Source: an uncultured virus (IMG/VR IMGVR_UViG_3300027976_000010) (Duplodnaviria; Heunggongvirae; Uroviricota; Caudoviricetes). Taken from it: a stretch of 64,000 nt of DNA. The stretch lies in the IMG/VR virus record IMGVR_UViG_3300027976_000010. One strand, given 5' to 3'. This document shows, piece after piece, positions 18,559 to 27,543 of the stretch. Within the stretch, counting starts at the first letter, position 1; every line of letters begins with the position of its first letter. A model generated the notes under the pieces. That model was given only the letters and a program-made list of their open reading frames with translations, was not told the DNA's origin and did not search any database. Position numbers and translations under genes: made by a program.

Positions 18559-19820
18559 GCCTTACATTCGGCTCGCTATTCGCCGGAGTCGGCGGCTTTG
18601 ATCTTGGGTTTGAAGCCGCCGATTGGCGTTGTCGTTGGCAAGTTGAATGGAATAAGGATTGTCAAAAGGTATTGAATAAAGTTTGGCCCGATATTCCAAA
18701 GCACTTAGATGTGCGTGATGTTCGGGGCGACCTGCTGGAGCCCGTGGACTGCATAAATTTTGGATCACCATGTCAGGATCTATCAGTTGCGGGTAAGCGC
18801 AAAGGATTGAGCGGAGAACGCTCTGGATTATTCCACGAAGCGATGCGAATCATAAAGGAGATGCGCCATGCAACCAACGGAGAGTTTCCACGCCTCGCTA
18901 TTTGGGAAAATGTCCCAGGAGCACTCACCTCTAATCGTGGAGCAGACTTCGGGGTCATCCTTGACGAAATGGTCAACGCAGGGAGTGTTTATCTTGAATG
19001 GGCAGTCTTGGATGCACAATATTTCGGAGTGCCCCAGCGACGCCGGCGAGTCTTCGTGTGTGCTGTCTTCAATCCTGCTGACGCAGAGCGATGTGGAGCG
19101 CCGGTACTATCTTTCAAAGAAGGCGTGCGCCGGCATTCTCAGGCGGGCCGACAGGCGGGGAAAGATTCTTCCAAGTCGTTTGAGGGAAGCACTGGAAGCG
19201 GTGACGAACAAGGAATGATGGCCTTTGAGAATAGCGGTTTCGCTAAGTGGCAAGAAACAGATAAAGCCATGACATTACGCGAGCGAGACTACAAGGGCCC
19301 TGGGACGATCATGGTTGAACCCCCAATTGTGTTTCACCCGCACCGCCAAGATGGCGTGCGACTGCAAGGAGAAACGATCAATACGTTAACTGCGTTCATG
19401 GGAACCGGTGGCCTTAACACGCCAATGGTTGCTCAGCCCTTAGATTTAAATAATAATATGGCCATGACACTACGCAGTGGTGGTGACGGTGGCGTGCCGT
19501 CTAGTCGCGGAGAGAACTTAGTAATTGAAGCTATTGCGTACGATGAATACAATGATACTCTTGTACCGGGCAGGGTACACCATTCTTTGCGAGCCGGAAC
19601 GCGTCAATCAAATGGCGTTCTCCAGGATATGGTTGTCCGCCGTCTGTCACCATTAGAGTGCGAACGTTTAATGGGCTGGCCGGACGGGCACACGAAATGG
19701 ACTGCTGACGGTACAATACAGGCAGACACCCATCGCTATAAACAGTGTGGTAATGGTGTTGTCGCTCCCGTGGCAAAATGGATTGGTAAAAAATTCGGAG
19801 CGGTTTTAACGCAGGCCTAG
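18555..19820 (+). CDS. DNA (cytosine-5)-methyltransferase
   Basis: Motif I SLFAGVGG lies upstream of the track start; GSPCQDLS, ENV, Q.RRR, RRLSPLECERL, YKQCGNGV; probable CTG start. Confidence 0.92.
   Translation: MSLTFGSLFAGVGGFDLGFEAADWRCRWQVEWNKDCQKVLNKVWPDIPKHLDVRDVRGDLLEPVDCINFGSPCQDLSVAGKRKGLSGERSGLFHEAMRIIKEMRHATNGEFPRLAIWENVPGALTSNRGADFGVILDEMVNAGSVYLEWAVLDAQYFGVPQRRRRVFVCAVFNPADAERCGAPVLSFKEGVRRHSQAGRQAGKDSSKSFEGSTGSGDEQGMMAFENSGFAKWQETDKAMTLRERDYKGPGTIMVEPPIVFHPHRQDGVRLQGETINTLTAFMGTGGLNTPMVAQPLDLNNNMAMTLRSGGDGGVPSSRGENLVIEAIAYDEYNDTLVPGRVHHSLRAGTRQSNGVLQDMVVRRLSPLECERLMGWPDGHTKWTADGTIQADTHRYKQCGNGVVAPVAKWIGKKFGAVLTQA
18868..19218 (+). CDS. Alternative-frame ORF inside the MTase; putative second MTase polypeptide
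   Basis: LSSILL...RYYLSKKACAGILRRA.RRGK.LP..L.EAL resembles the segment that follows motif VIII in C5 MTases. Confidence 0.6.
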   Translation: MQPTESFHASLFGKMSQEHSPLIVEQTSGSSLTKWSTQGVFILNGQSWMHNISECPSDAGESSCVLSSILLTQSDVERRYYLSKKACAGILRRADRRGKILPSRLREALEAVTNKE

Positions 19821-19988
19821 ATGGATGAGGAAACCGAAGATCCCGAGACGGTACACTTCTCAACTGGATTTCATGGGATTTCAATGTACCTAACTGCATG
19901 CAATCGTCCTGGTACAAATCATTACTTCAGCGGAAACAAGAGCCTTGTTGATTGTGAGAAATGTATAGCCACATGGCTCAAGAAATAA
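19821..19988 (+). CDS. Small hypothetical protein (55 aa)
   Basis: ATG immediately follows the MTase stop; C...CEKC. Confidence 0.5.
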   Translation: MDEETEDPETVHFSTGFHGISMYLTACNRPGTNHYFSGNKSLVDCEKCIATWLKK

Positions 19989-19991
19989 CTA

Positions 19992-20015
19992 GCGTCAATA
20001 GCTCAGCCTGGATAG
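19992..20015 (+). pseudogene. 5' fragment of a tRNA (acceptor strand plus D arm), similar to the downstream tRNA-Arg
   Basis: GCGTCAATAGCTCAGCCTGGATAG versus GCGTCCGTAGCTCAGTGGATAG at 20468. Confidence 0.7.
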
Positions 20016-20024
20016 GATTGATAC

Positions 20025-20477
20025 ATGTCTAAGCACATGTCATTAGAAGACAGGTTTTTCCAAAAGGTTCTTAAAACAGATTCTTGCTGGTTGTGGACCG
20101 GGGGTATTGCCACACAGGGATACGGTGTATTTAGGGTAGACGGCAAATCGGTTAGTGCCCATAGACATTCTTACAAAATCCACAAAGGAGAGATACCGGA
20201 TGGGATGCATGTCTGTCACTCGTGTGATGTCAGAAATTGTGTAAATCCAGATCATTTATGGGTTGGAACCGCAACCGACAACATGCAGGATATGATTAAG
20301 AAGGGCAGACAGTGCGCAGCTAATAAAAAGCAGGAAAGGTGCAAGCACGGTCACTCCTTTGAAATAGATGGGCATCGTGTATATGTCTATAAGGGCAGGT
20401 CGTGGCGCATATGCCTTACGTGTAAAAAAGCTGCTAATAGATCGGCATCTCTTGCATGTTCTTCATCGCGTCCGTAG
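20025..20477 (+). CDS. HNH homing endonuclease
   Basis: CWLWTG...YG.F...AHR.SY...VCHSCD.RNCVNPDHL..GT..DN..DM..KGR. Confidence 0.92.
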   Translation: MSKHMSLEDRFFQKVLKTDSCWLWTGGIATQGYGVFRVDGKSVSAHRHSYKIHKGEIPDGMHVCHSCDVRNCVNPDHLWVGTATDNMQDMIKKGRQCAANKKQERCKHGHSFEIDGHRVYVYKGRSWRICLTCKKAANRSASLACSSSRP

Positions 20478-20540
20478 CTCAGTGGATAGAGCAGCAGGTT
20501 TCTACCCTGCGTGTCGGGGGTTCGATTCCCTTCGGGCGCA
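20468..20540 (+). tRNA. tRNA-Arg(TCT)
   Basis: Cloverleaf; anticodon arm GCAGG-TTTCTAC-CCTGC; GGTTCGATTCC. Confidence 0.9.
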
Positions 20541-20561
20541 CGATAATGATATAGTTCATAT

Positions 20562-21266
20562 ATGGCCTGCGTGTATGCGTTATCCTCGTCTCTCGCTCCA
20601 GATATAGTGCGTTATGTCGGTCGTTCTAAATTGGATACCGCCGGAAATAGGTTGGGTAAACATCTATTCCTGGCTCGGAATAGTCAAAATTTAGGTCATA
20701 AAAATAATTGGATTAGGAGTGTTCTCAAACAAGGAGGCTCAATAGTGAGTTTGGTTTTAGAATCTGGGCTTTCATGGGGGGAGTCTGGCCAAAGAGAGAT
20801 TTTCCATATTGCTCATTATAAAAGTGTCGGGTATGATTTAACAAATATGACAGACGGTGGTGATGGCGTCATTGGATTCATTCATTCTGTTGAAGCACGT
20901 GCGAAAATGAGTGCCGCAAATTTAGGGAGAGTACATTCGCTTGAACATCGGGCAAAAATTAGAGTCGCACAATTGGGGAATAAGCGCTCGCCAGAAACCA
21001 GAGCTAAAATAAGCGCCGCAGGATTGGGGAGAGTACAGTCGCCTGAGCATCGGACAAAAATTGGGGCTGGGCATTTAGGGATAAAGCCCTCGCTGGAAGC
21101 TAGGGCCAAAATGAGTGCTGCGGGATTGGGGAAACCAAAGTCACCAGAGCATCGGGCAAAAATAGGCGCAGCGCACAAGGGGAGAGTATTATCTCCTGAA
21201 CACAGGGCGAAAATAAGTGCCACCCTGCGAAATAGATATAGGATCAGTACGTCTTCTCTGATATAG
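20562..21266 (+). CDS. GIY-YIG endonuclease with seven NUMOD3-type 17-aa repeats
   Basis: VYAL...RYVG...R..H...E...LTNMTDGGDG, then (H/S)SxExRAK(I/M)S repeats. Confidence 0.88.
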   Translation: MACVYALSSSLAPDIVRYVGRSKLDTAGNRLGKHLFLARNSQNLGHKNNWIRSVLKQGGSIVSLVLESGLSWGESGQREIFHIAHYKSVGYDLTNMTDGGDGVIGFIHSVEARAKMSAANLGRVHSLEHRAKIRVAQLGNKRSPETRAKISAAGLGRVQSPEHRTKIGAGHLGIKPSLEARAKMSAAGLGKPKSPEHRAKIGAAHKGRVLSPEHRAKISATLRNRYRISTSSLI

Positions 21267-21274
21267 TTAAAAAT

Positions 21275-21360
21275 GGAACGGTGACCGAGTGGTTTAAGGT
21301 ACTGCCTTGCTAAGGCAACGGGCTAGCGCCCCGTGGGTTCAAATCCCACTCGTTCCTCCA
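21275..21360 (+). tRNA. tRNA-Ser(GCT)
   Basis: Long variable arm, loop TTGCTAA, encoded CCA. Confidence 0.9.
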
Positions 21361-21381
21361 ATTTACTGATATAGTGAATGC

Positions 21382-21456
21382 ATCGGTGTAGTTCAACGGT
21401 AGAACGGCAGCTTCCAAAACTGCGCGTCGGGGGTTCGACTCCTCTCATCGGTGCCA
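21382..21456 (+). tRNA. tRNA-Trp(CCA)
   Basis: Loop TTCCAAA, T arm GGTTCGACTCC, encoded CCA. Confidence 0.8.
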
Positions 21457-21621
21457 GAACGTATAGGTGGCTATCCCTCTCGGGGCACTCGTAGGGGTTG
21501 GGTTCGATTCCCATTACATTCACGGACGGGTGGGGGGTGCGGTGCCCGAGGAGGGTGTCGGTCTAGACCCCCCTACCCCACCCCAAGTTGTTATTATCTC
21601 CTCTTGGTGTTATGCTGATAG

Positions 21622-21693
21622 AGCGGAATAGAACATTGGTAGTTCGCCGGGCTCATAACTCGGATGTAGTGGGTCCGATTCCCACTTCCGCCA
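21622..21693 (+). tRNA. tRNA-Met(CAT), initiator-like
   Basis: Loop CTCATAA, GGG in the anticodon stem, 1:72 mismatch. Confidence 0.8.
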
Positions 21694-21697
21694 CTAA

Positions 21698-21770
21698 GTC
21701 AGGGTAGTTCAATGGACGAGAATGCTAGTTTACGGAACTAGCGATGGGGGTTCGACTCCCTCTCTTGACA
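21698..21770 (+). tRNA. tRNA-Arg(ACG)
   Basis: CTAGT-TTACGGA-ACTAG. Confidence 0.85.
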
Positions 21771-21780
21771 CGAAAAATAA

Positions 21781-21853
21781 CGGAGTGTAGCGCAGTTGGC
21801 AGCGCGCCTGGTTTGGGACCAGGAGGCCGGTGGTTCGAGACCACCCACCCCGA
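21781..21853 (+). tRNA. tRNA-Pro(TGG)
   Basis: CGGAGTGTAGCGCAG...CCTGG-TTTGGGA-CCAGG. Confidence 0.9.
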
Positions 21854-21858
21854 CGTAT

Positions 21859-21931
21859 GTGGCTGTAGTCCAATGGCAGAACGCGGGGTTGTGGTCCCCG
21901 TCACGTAGGTTCGATTCCTACTGGTCACCCA
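21859..21931 (+). tRNA. tRNA-His(GTG)
   Basis: CGGGG-TTGTGGT-CCCCG; C discriminator. Confidence 0.85.
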
Positions 21932-21933
21932 AA

Positions 21934-22006
21934 CGGCGTGTAGCTCAAACGGCAGAGCATCTGTGTGAAGTGCAGAGGGTTGGTGGTTCGACTCCATCCG
22001 CGTCGG
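21934..22006 (+). tRNA. tRNA-Phe(GAA), atypical anticodon loop
   Basis: TCTGT-GTGAAGT-GCAGA; normal D and T arms. Confidence 0.75.
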
Positions 22007-22034
22007 CGTTACAATCTATACGTATACTATTTAT

Positions 22035-22107
22035 GCCCGTGGACCTGGTTGGGACTAGGACCTCACTTGTAATGAGGACACAGGAGGTCCGAATCCTCTC
22101 GCGGGCT
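22035..22107 (+). tRNA. tRNA-Thr(TGT)
   Basis: CCTCA-CTTGTAA-TGAGG; acceptor GCCCGTG/CGCGGGC. Confidence 0.8.
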
Positions 22108-22140
22108 CAAGGAGGTGCGGCATGCGCGTCGCACCGACTA

Positions 22141-22231
22141 GGAGTACCAGCCGGTGATTGGTTTTCCCGCTAAAGTCGCCATACTCCCGCGCAAGGGATG
22201 CTGTGGATATGCGGGCACTGGCTGGTATTCC
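22141..22231 (+). ncRNA. Candidate ~90-nt structured ncRNA within the tRNA cluster
   Basis: 16-bp closing stem GGAGTACCAGCCGGTG/CACTGGCTGGTATTCC, with inner CCCGC/GCGGG and TCCC/GGGA stems. Confidence 0.5.
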
Positions 22232-22238
22232 AAATTTT

Positions 22239-22313
22239 GCATCATTAACTCATCGTTGGTAGAGTGTCAGTTTTCCAAACTGAATGCGGTCAGTTCAAGC
22301 CTGACATGATGCT
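22239..22313 (+). tRNA. tRNA-Gly(TCC)
   Basis: TCAGT-TTTCCAA-ACTGA; acceptor GCATCAT/ATGATGC. Confidence 0.85.
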
Positions 22314-22388
22314 CCGGTTAAGCAGTCCACATAAATATAAAACAGATTATAGCCACGCACGAGGCTATTATTAAATATTTAATCATGA

Positions 22389-24344
22389 TTATATATTATC
22401 AAGCCCGCGGCGCAATAGACCCAACATGAGTTCTCCTTGTGCGTATTCCTCCTCTTCTTCACCGAAAGATCCCTCAATCGCAACCGTAGTGACGCGACGC
22501 TTGCTTTTGATTAGCCGAAGTATGTCTTCATCAATAGTCCCAGAAGCTATCCCGTAGGTCACCATCACTGATCCTTTCTGACCGAGCCTGTGACAACGAG
22601 AGTACAGCTGGTCAACATCTGCTGGCGTCCACGGCAGTTCAACAAAGAGCACCTTTTGGGCGGCTGTTAGAGTGTGCCCGGTTTTGGCAGCCTGGATCGA
22701 CAGAACAATGACTGGAGCATCCTCTATTGATAATTCCTGGAAGTCCTTCTTTGCTTGTTCCACGGCGTCCACCTTCATCCCGCCCTGAATCTTTAAACCG
22801 CCAAACGTATTAGCAAGCATGTCAACGATGTCACGATGGTGGGCGGCGATTACAACCTTTTCACCCGCATCTATCTGAGATTGAACCCATTCTTTCACGG
22901 ACCCCATTTTTGCTTTTGCCGCCAAGCGACGTAGCACAGAAAGACGGACTAAGTGCTCGTTTGATTCAGTCTTGAACCGGGAAACCACGGCAGCCGAATG
23001 GGGGGACTTACCTAATTCTAAAGCGATAGCTTTTGCCCGTAGCACCAAGAATTCAACTATGTCATCTTCTGCCTTTTTGTATTCCTCCATTGCTTTATCG
23101 GATATTTGAATCATGAAAGTATCGTGCAGTACGTCTGGTAGTTCTTTTAAAACATGTTTCTTTGTGCGCCTGATGTAACAGTTAGAACGCAGGGTTTCGT
23201 TTAGCTCCTCTAGGTTTGTCGCTCCAGAGATATTCCAGTGCCCCCACTTGTCTTTGAATGCGCCACAGTACCGGCGATAAAAGCCCCATGTGCCGCCAAG
23301 ATCATTTAACCGACCGATTACCTCCAATTGGCTTGCGTATTCGGCCGGACGATTTGTGACCGGCGTCCCCGTTAGACACAGAACAAGACCACCCGTGACT
23401 GTTTTCGCGATCTTTAGTGCAGCTTTCGTGCGTAATGCGGTTGGAGTCTTAAGAAAATGTGACTCATCACAAATTAGAGACTTGTAACCTTTAATCGCTT
23501 TCGCCCAGTGGCCTATGTTGGAGTACCCGATAATCATGAAGTCGTGTGGCGATTCACCCAACAGGGGTAATGTTGAACGATCCAGTGTCACAGCCACGCT
23601 CCGATGTGGCGCCCACTTACTCACTTCGTTTTTCCAATTAAGAATAAGATTCGGCGGGCATATGACTATTGCCGGGTATACGGATTGACCCAGTGACGTA
23701 CAGTATTCAAGGGATGCAATTGCCTGTAATGTCTTGCCAAGACCCATGTCGTCGGCGATGAAGCAACGCCTGGCCTCAGCGACATACGCCACGCCGGCCG
23801 CCTGATAAGGCAATAGCTGACCGGAGATTGTCGGTATTGATAGCGATGCACTACTAGCCCGTGATGCATCTGCACGCTCTCTGCCGGTGGAGACAACCAC
23901 ATCAGACTCAATGCGGAGTTCGGGTGGAATTTCCATTTTGAACATTGTGGCCCATCGGATTGCCTCTTGAATCGCCGTTTTGGGTATCCTCCATGCCTTG
24001 GATGGTGGATGCCAGGTAGCGCCGGGTATTGTTTTAACGGACCTGACCTTAACTGGGTCGTAGTTAAACCCAAGATATATGAATGATTCGTCGTGGGTCA
24101 TCCCTGCTGCTTTATTGAGTTTTTTGGGAAGATCAAACGTTAAAACGCTATTGTCTATTACGAAATCGTGTTTTATGGCGAACTCGCGGACTTCACCAAT
24201 GCTGGTGGCCGGAGCTTTCCATACCTTGTTAACCTTGTCCCACTTGGCGCCCTGTATCTGTTTAATTATGTGCACCTCGTCGCTACTAAACGGAAAATCA
24301 AGTATTAATTCATCGTTGTGTAGCCACAGGGTTTTATTGCTCAA
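22389..24344 (-). CDS. SNF2-family helicase (SMARCAL1/HARP-like, with two N-terminal repeats)
   Basis: ADDMGLGKT, DESH, LTGTP, Q..SR.HR.GQ; duplicated F.Y....K.IPGA.W....K.W. Confidence 0.92.
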   Translation of the reverse strand: MSNKTLWLHNDELILDFPFSSDEVHIIKQIQGAKWDKVNKVWKAPATSIGEVREFAIKHDFVIDNSVLTFDLPKKLNKAAGMTHDESFIYLGFNYDPVKVRSVKTIPGATWHPPSKAWRIPKTAIQEAIRWATMFKMEIPPELRIESDVVVSTGRERADASRASSASLSIPTISGQLLPYQAAGVAYVAEARRCFIADDMGLGKTLQAIASLEYCTSLGQSVYPAIVICPPNLILNWKNEVSKWAPHRSVAVTLDRSTLPLLGESPHDFMIIGYSNIGHWAKAIKGYKSLICDESHFLKTPTALRTKAALKIAKTVTGGLVLCLTGTPVTNRPAEYASQLEVIGRLNDLGGTWGFYRRYCGAFKDKWGHWNISGATNLEELNETLRSNCYIRRTKKHVLKELPDVLHDTFMIQISDKAMEEYKKAEDDIVEFLVLRAKAIALELGKSPHSAAVVSRFKTESNEHLVRLSVLRRLAAKAKMGSVKEWVQSQIDAGEKVVIAAHHRDIVDMLANTFGGLKIQGGMKVDAVEQAKKDFQELSIEDAPVIVLSIQAAKTGHTLTAAQKVLFVELPWTPADVDQLYSRCHRLGQKGSVMVTYGIASGTIDEDILRLIKSKRRVTTVAIEGSFGEEEEEYAQGELMLGLLRRGLDNI

Positions 24345-24571
24345 CGCAGACTCCTCACAATGACTTTGCGCTCGTCTTCTGTCTTCCCGCCCCAAATCCC
24401 AAATTGGATTTCATTGTCGATTGCATATTGAAGGCACTCTGTTGATACTGGGCACACCATACAGTACGACAGTGCGGTGCGCTTTTGTTTACCCGTGCGC
24501 GGGAAAAAGAGTTTCATGTCTTGGTCGATACATGCACGCAGTTCGCGCCATGCTTGTAATACGTAGTTCAT
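24341..24571 (-). CDS. whiB: WhiB-family transcription factor
   Basis: W...RAC...FFP...CMVCPVSTEC...GIWGG. Confidence 0.92.
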   Translation of the reverse strand: MNYVLQAWRELRACIDQDMKLFFPRTGKQKRTALSYCMVCPVSTECLQYAIDNEIQFGIWGGKTEDERKVIVRSLR

Positions 24572-24849
24572 AGCTCCCCAGTGATATTTTGGTGTTCTTT
24601 ACAATTTATCATTGTCGCACCTAGAACACAACATTCTGCACGGGGTTCTTTGTTAACCGCCCTCGGGGGCATCCAGAAGGTTGCGCAGATCCAAAAGAAT
24701 GTCAACAACTTCGCTTACCCGCATTGTTAGATGGTGATCGTGCTTGTAACGCTTTGCCAAACCGAGTATAGCCTTGTCAATGATAGCCACTTCGGAATCG
24801 GTCATAGATACAAGTATAACATCGTAAAAAAACTACTTATATATATGTC

Positions 24850-25191
24850 CTATACGCAACCAGATGGGTTTGATGCCGTTTCCCACCATTCAAGAAATGG
24901 TTTGGTTGCCTTCTCGTACGAGAAACGTTCCTCTGATATATAACCGGGGAAAAGATCATTTTCAAGTAGCGCCGATATGCCGACGAGAACATCCCTTATA
25001 TTGGAGATCGTCTCTGCGTCCAGAATAAACCCATTTGAGTTTAGGTCAAGGACATTATTTAACGTGTCGTGGGTCCTAGAGAGTGTCCCCATTAGGGCCC
25101 GCTCTTCCAACATCCACGAGGGTGCCCGTTTTTGGGGGTCTGGTAATTTCACGTTGTTGTATATTCCTTTACTTTGGTCGGTGTTTCTCAA
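24850..25191 (-). CDS. Hypothetical protein
   Basis: ORF overlaps the stop of the upstream gene. Confidence 0.55.
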   Translation of the reverse strand: MRNTDQSKGIYNNVKLPDPQKRAPSWMLEERALMGTLSRTHDTLNNVLDLNSNGFILDAETISNIRDVLVGISALLENDLFPGYISEERFSYEKATKPFLEWWETASNPSGCV

Positions 25192-25873
25192 ATAATGAAC
25201 TGGGGCTAATCGTTGACCCGGTACGTGCTACTTCTGTTATTACAAGAAACGCTACGATCTGCTTAATTAAGCGTTGTCCCAAAATGTTGTCAAGCGATGT
25301 ATCAAAAACATTCCCATGATAAGTCGTTTCTATTTCCTGGAACGCCGGCATGCCTTCGTCGTTATACCCGTACAAGGATATCCCGGAACAGTAGTTCCCA
25401 CGGCTGTCAAAGCAAAGTGCCGTGAAGGCTTCTGATAAACGGGTGTCGTGGGGGAATTGAGCGTGTATTTCCTGAAGGCTCAGACCGGAGTATTCTTTTT
25501 GTATTGATTGTTTTTCACCCTTACCCGCATTACAGGCGACGCAATCAAAAACAAAAACAAACCACGTAGGGAGAATTGAAAGACCGTTGTAGGCGTCGGT
25601 CAACGCGGCAAATACGAAGTCGCTTTCATTCTCCGATTGGTTGTGTAATTCACAAAATACAACCCGCTCATCAGATGCGTCGTCGTCAATGGGTTCTCCG
25701 ATTTTTTCGTTAACTTCGTTTGCCGGCATTGCATAAAGCATGATTGAGGGAACATCGTCCGGCCCATGACGCAATTTGCAAGAGAGCATCTTTATCATCT
25801 GCAAAGATGTGATTGCCTGGGCGGCCCGTGTGGTGAGAAACTCTGCGGTTTTGGGAGTATGGTTAGGTGTCAT
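25169..25873 (-). CDS. Hypothetical protein
   Basis: 234-aa ORF. Confidence 0.65.
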   Translation of the reverse strand: MTPNHTPKTAEFLTTRAAQAITSLQMIKMLSCKLRHGPDDVPSIMLYAMPANEVNEKIGEPIDDDASDERVVFCELHNQSENESDFVFAALTDAYNGLSILPTWFVFVFDCVACNAGKGEKQSIQKEYSGLSLQEIHAQFPHDTRLSEAFTALCFDSRGNYCSGISLYGYNDEGMPAFQEIETTYHGNVFDTSLDNILGQRLIKQIVAFLVITEVARTGSTISPSSLFEKHRPK

Positions 25874-25956
25874 CCATGGAATAGTATCTGTAGAATGTCA
25901 ATAAAGCAATTTTTAGGGTTAATCTTTTTATGTGAGATAATATTCAAGGAGGGTCT

Positions 25957-26973
25957 ATGCCACACGGATTAGATAGAACGAAAACCGGCAGAATCAGGAT
26001 GGCGTATAACGACCGTCTTATCCCGTGGCATAGGCTTGGAACCCCATTGGCCGGTCTACAGACCATGGAGACAATGCTCCAGGCGGCTGAAGCTGATTAC
26101 GATGTAATCCTTACCAAGGTCGCTGCGGTTGATGACTTGGGGAACCTAATAAGAAACCCCGACGGCGAACCCGTGTTCGTAAATGACAGTCGGGCCACCC
26201 TCCGCCAAAACATAGATGGCACATTTGATGCGTTGGCTACGGTTGGTACACGCTACGAGGTTAGACAGAATCGCGAAGTGCTTGAGCGTGCACTCGCGGT
26301 TGTTGGAGCGTCGCGTGGTGATGCCGTTATGGATACGTGTGGATGCCTGAAGGGCGGAGCGCGGTTTTTTGCAACCATTGATTTGGGCCCGTTAGTTCTT
26401 GACCCGACAGGCATAAATGACAAACTTGAACGGTACTTAGTTATATCGACAGGACATGATGGCGTCTGGCCGATTAGATATTCCAATACGGAAATAAGAG
26501 CGGTGTGCAATAACACCGTTGTCCTGGCTCAGAAATCAGCCCGTCGTGTTTATACGGCTCGGCACACGCGAAATATGGATACGGTCATAGATGACGCCCA
26601 AACGGTGTTGGGTATTTCTACGGTTTGGGCAAGTGAATTTCGCAAAAGCGCAGAAGAATTGTTGTCCGTAAAGATGTTGCCGAGCTACCTCCCCGATAAG
26701 GTTATAGATGTGCTCGCACCCGTGGATAAAAAGTCATCCAAGCGCTCAAAAGACTATAGGGATTCTCTCGGCGATATGTTGAATGAGATTTACCGGAACA
26801 AACGCAACGCCGGCAGTTATGGCAACAATGGCTGGACGGCCTATAACGCAGTGTGCGAGCTCCTGGACCATTATCGGTATACAACGCCAGAGGAGCATGC
26901 GCTCGCGAGCATGGATGAAAATTCATCTGTAACAAAAAAGAAACTACAAATACAGCAACTGCTTTTAAACTAA
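25957..26973 (+). CDS. DUF932/DUF945-family phage/plasmid protein
   Basis: PWHRLG, VG.RY...QN, L.GG...F, HDG, R.VCNNT, W.AYNAV.E..DH. Confidence 0.85.
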   Translation: MPHGLDRTKTGRIRMAYNDRLIPWHRLGTPLAGLQTMETMLQAAEADYDVILTKVAAVDDLGNLIRNPDGEPVFVNDSRATLRQNIDGTFDALATVGTRYEVRQNREVLERALAVVGASRGDAVMDTCGCLKGGARFFATIDLGPLVLDPTGINDKLERYLVISTGHDGVWPIRYSNTEIRAVCNNTVVLAQKSARRVYTARHTRNMDTVIDDAQTVLGISTVWASEFRKSAEELLSVKMLPSYLPDKVIDVLAPVDKKSSKRSKDYRDSLGDMLNEIYRNKRNAGSYGNNGWTAYNAVCELLDHYRYTTPEEHALASMDENSSVTKKKLQIQQLLLN

Positions 26974-26988
26974 TGGATCGGAGTCGTT

Positions 26989-27543
26989 ATGAGTGAGCAT
27001 TACGCAGATGACAACCCGTGGGACGATGCTGACCAATACCCCGAGAGTGCCGGGTATGGGAGCAACTACGAGTCATACGAATACGAAGGTCAAATTGACG
27101 ACCCCGTAGCAGTTGCGCAAATCTCAAATTATGCGGATGAGATCGGCGTGTATTGTGCAATGATTTCTGAACGCGAATTTATTGGCGCGATTGATGAATT
27201 AAAGACGAGCGAGGGAGAGTCTGGCGTTCTCAAGATGGTTTTCGCAATCGAGCAGGTTACGGGTTGGCATTTAGAAATAATGGGCTCACGATCTCAAGTA
27301 GACGATATATTAATGAGTAGATACAATAAGTTCGATCCAAATGCATGGGACCGAATAAGAAATAGCGATCAGTGGCAGGACGCAATTTATCAGGCATCGC
27401 ACGTCATGGATAAATTTGTTAGTGACGCAACCCGTATATACATAATGGGGTCGATGCCCTCATCCAAGATACGAGCCTCCGTCAGAAAGTTTTTATGGTC
27501 TTTTTGGTCTGCGCTTGACGAACGGATGTCACGCAACGTATAG
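26989..27543 (+). CDS. Hypothetical protein
   Basis: GGAG RBS; operon position. Confidence 0.7.
   Translation: MSEHYADDNPWDDADQYPESAGYGSNYESYEYEGQIDDPVAVAQISNYADEIGVYCAMISEREFIGAIDELKTSEGESGVLKMVFAIEQVTGWHLEIMGSRSQVDDILMSRYNKFDPNAWDRIRNSDQWQDAIYQASHVMDKFVSDATRIYIMGSMPSSKIRASVRKFLWSFWSALDERMSRNV

Noticed and set aside
19992..20540. Group I intron in tRNA-Arg
   Set aside because: No room for an intron core around the HNH ORF, and the downstream tRNA is already complete.
20883..21225. 51-bp tandem DNA repeats as a non-coding array
   Set aside because: They are explained by the NUMOD3 repeats of the GIY-YIG protein.
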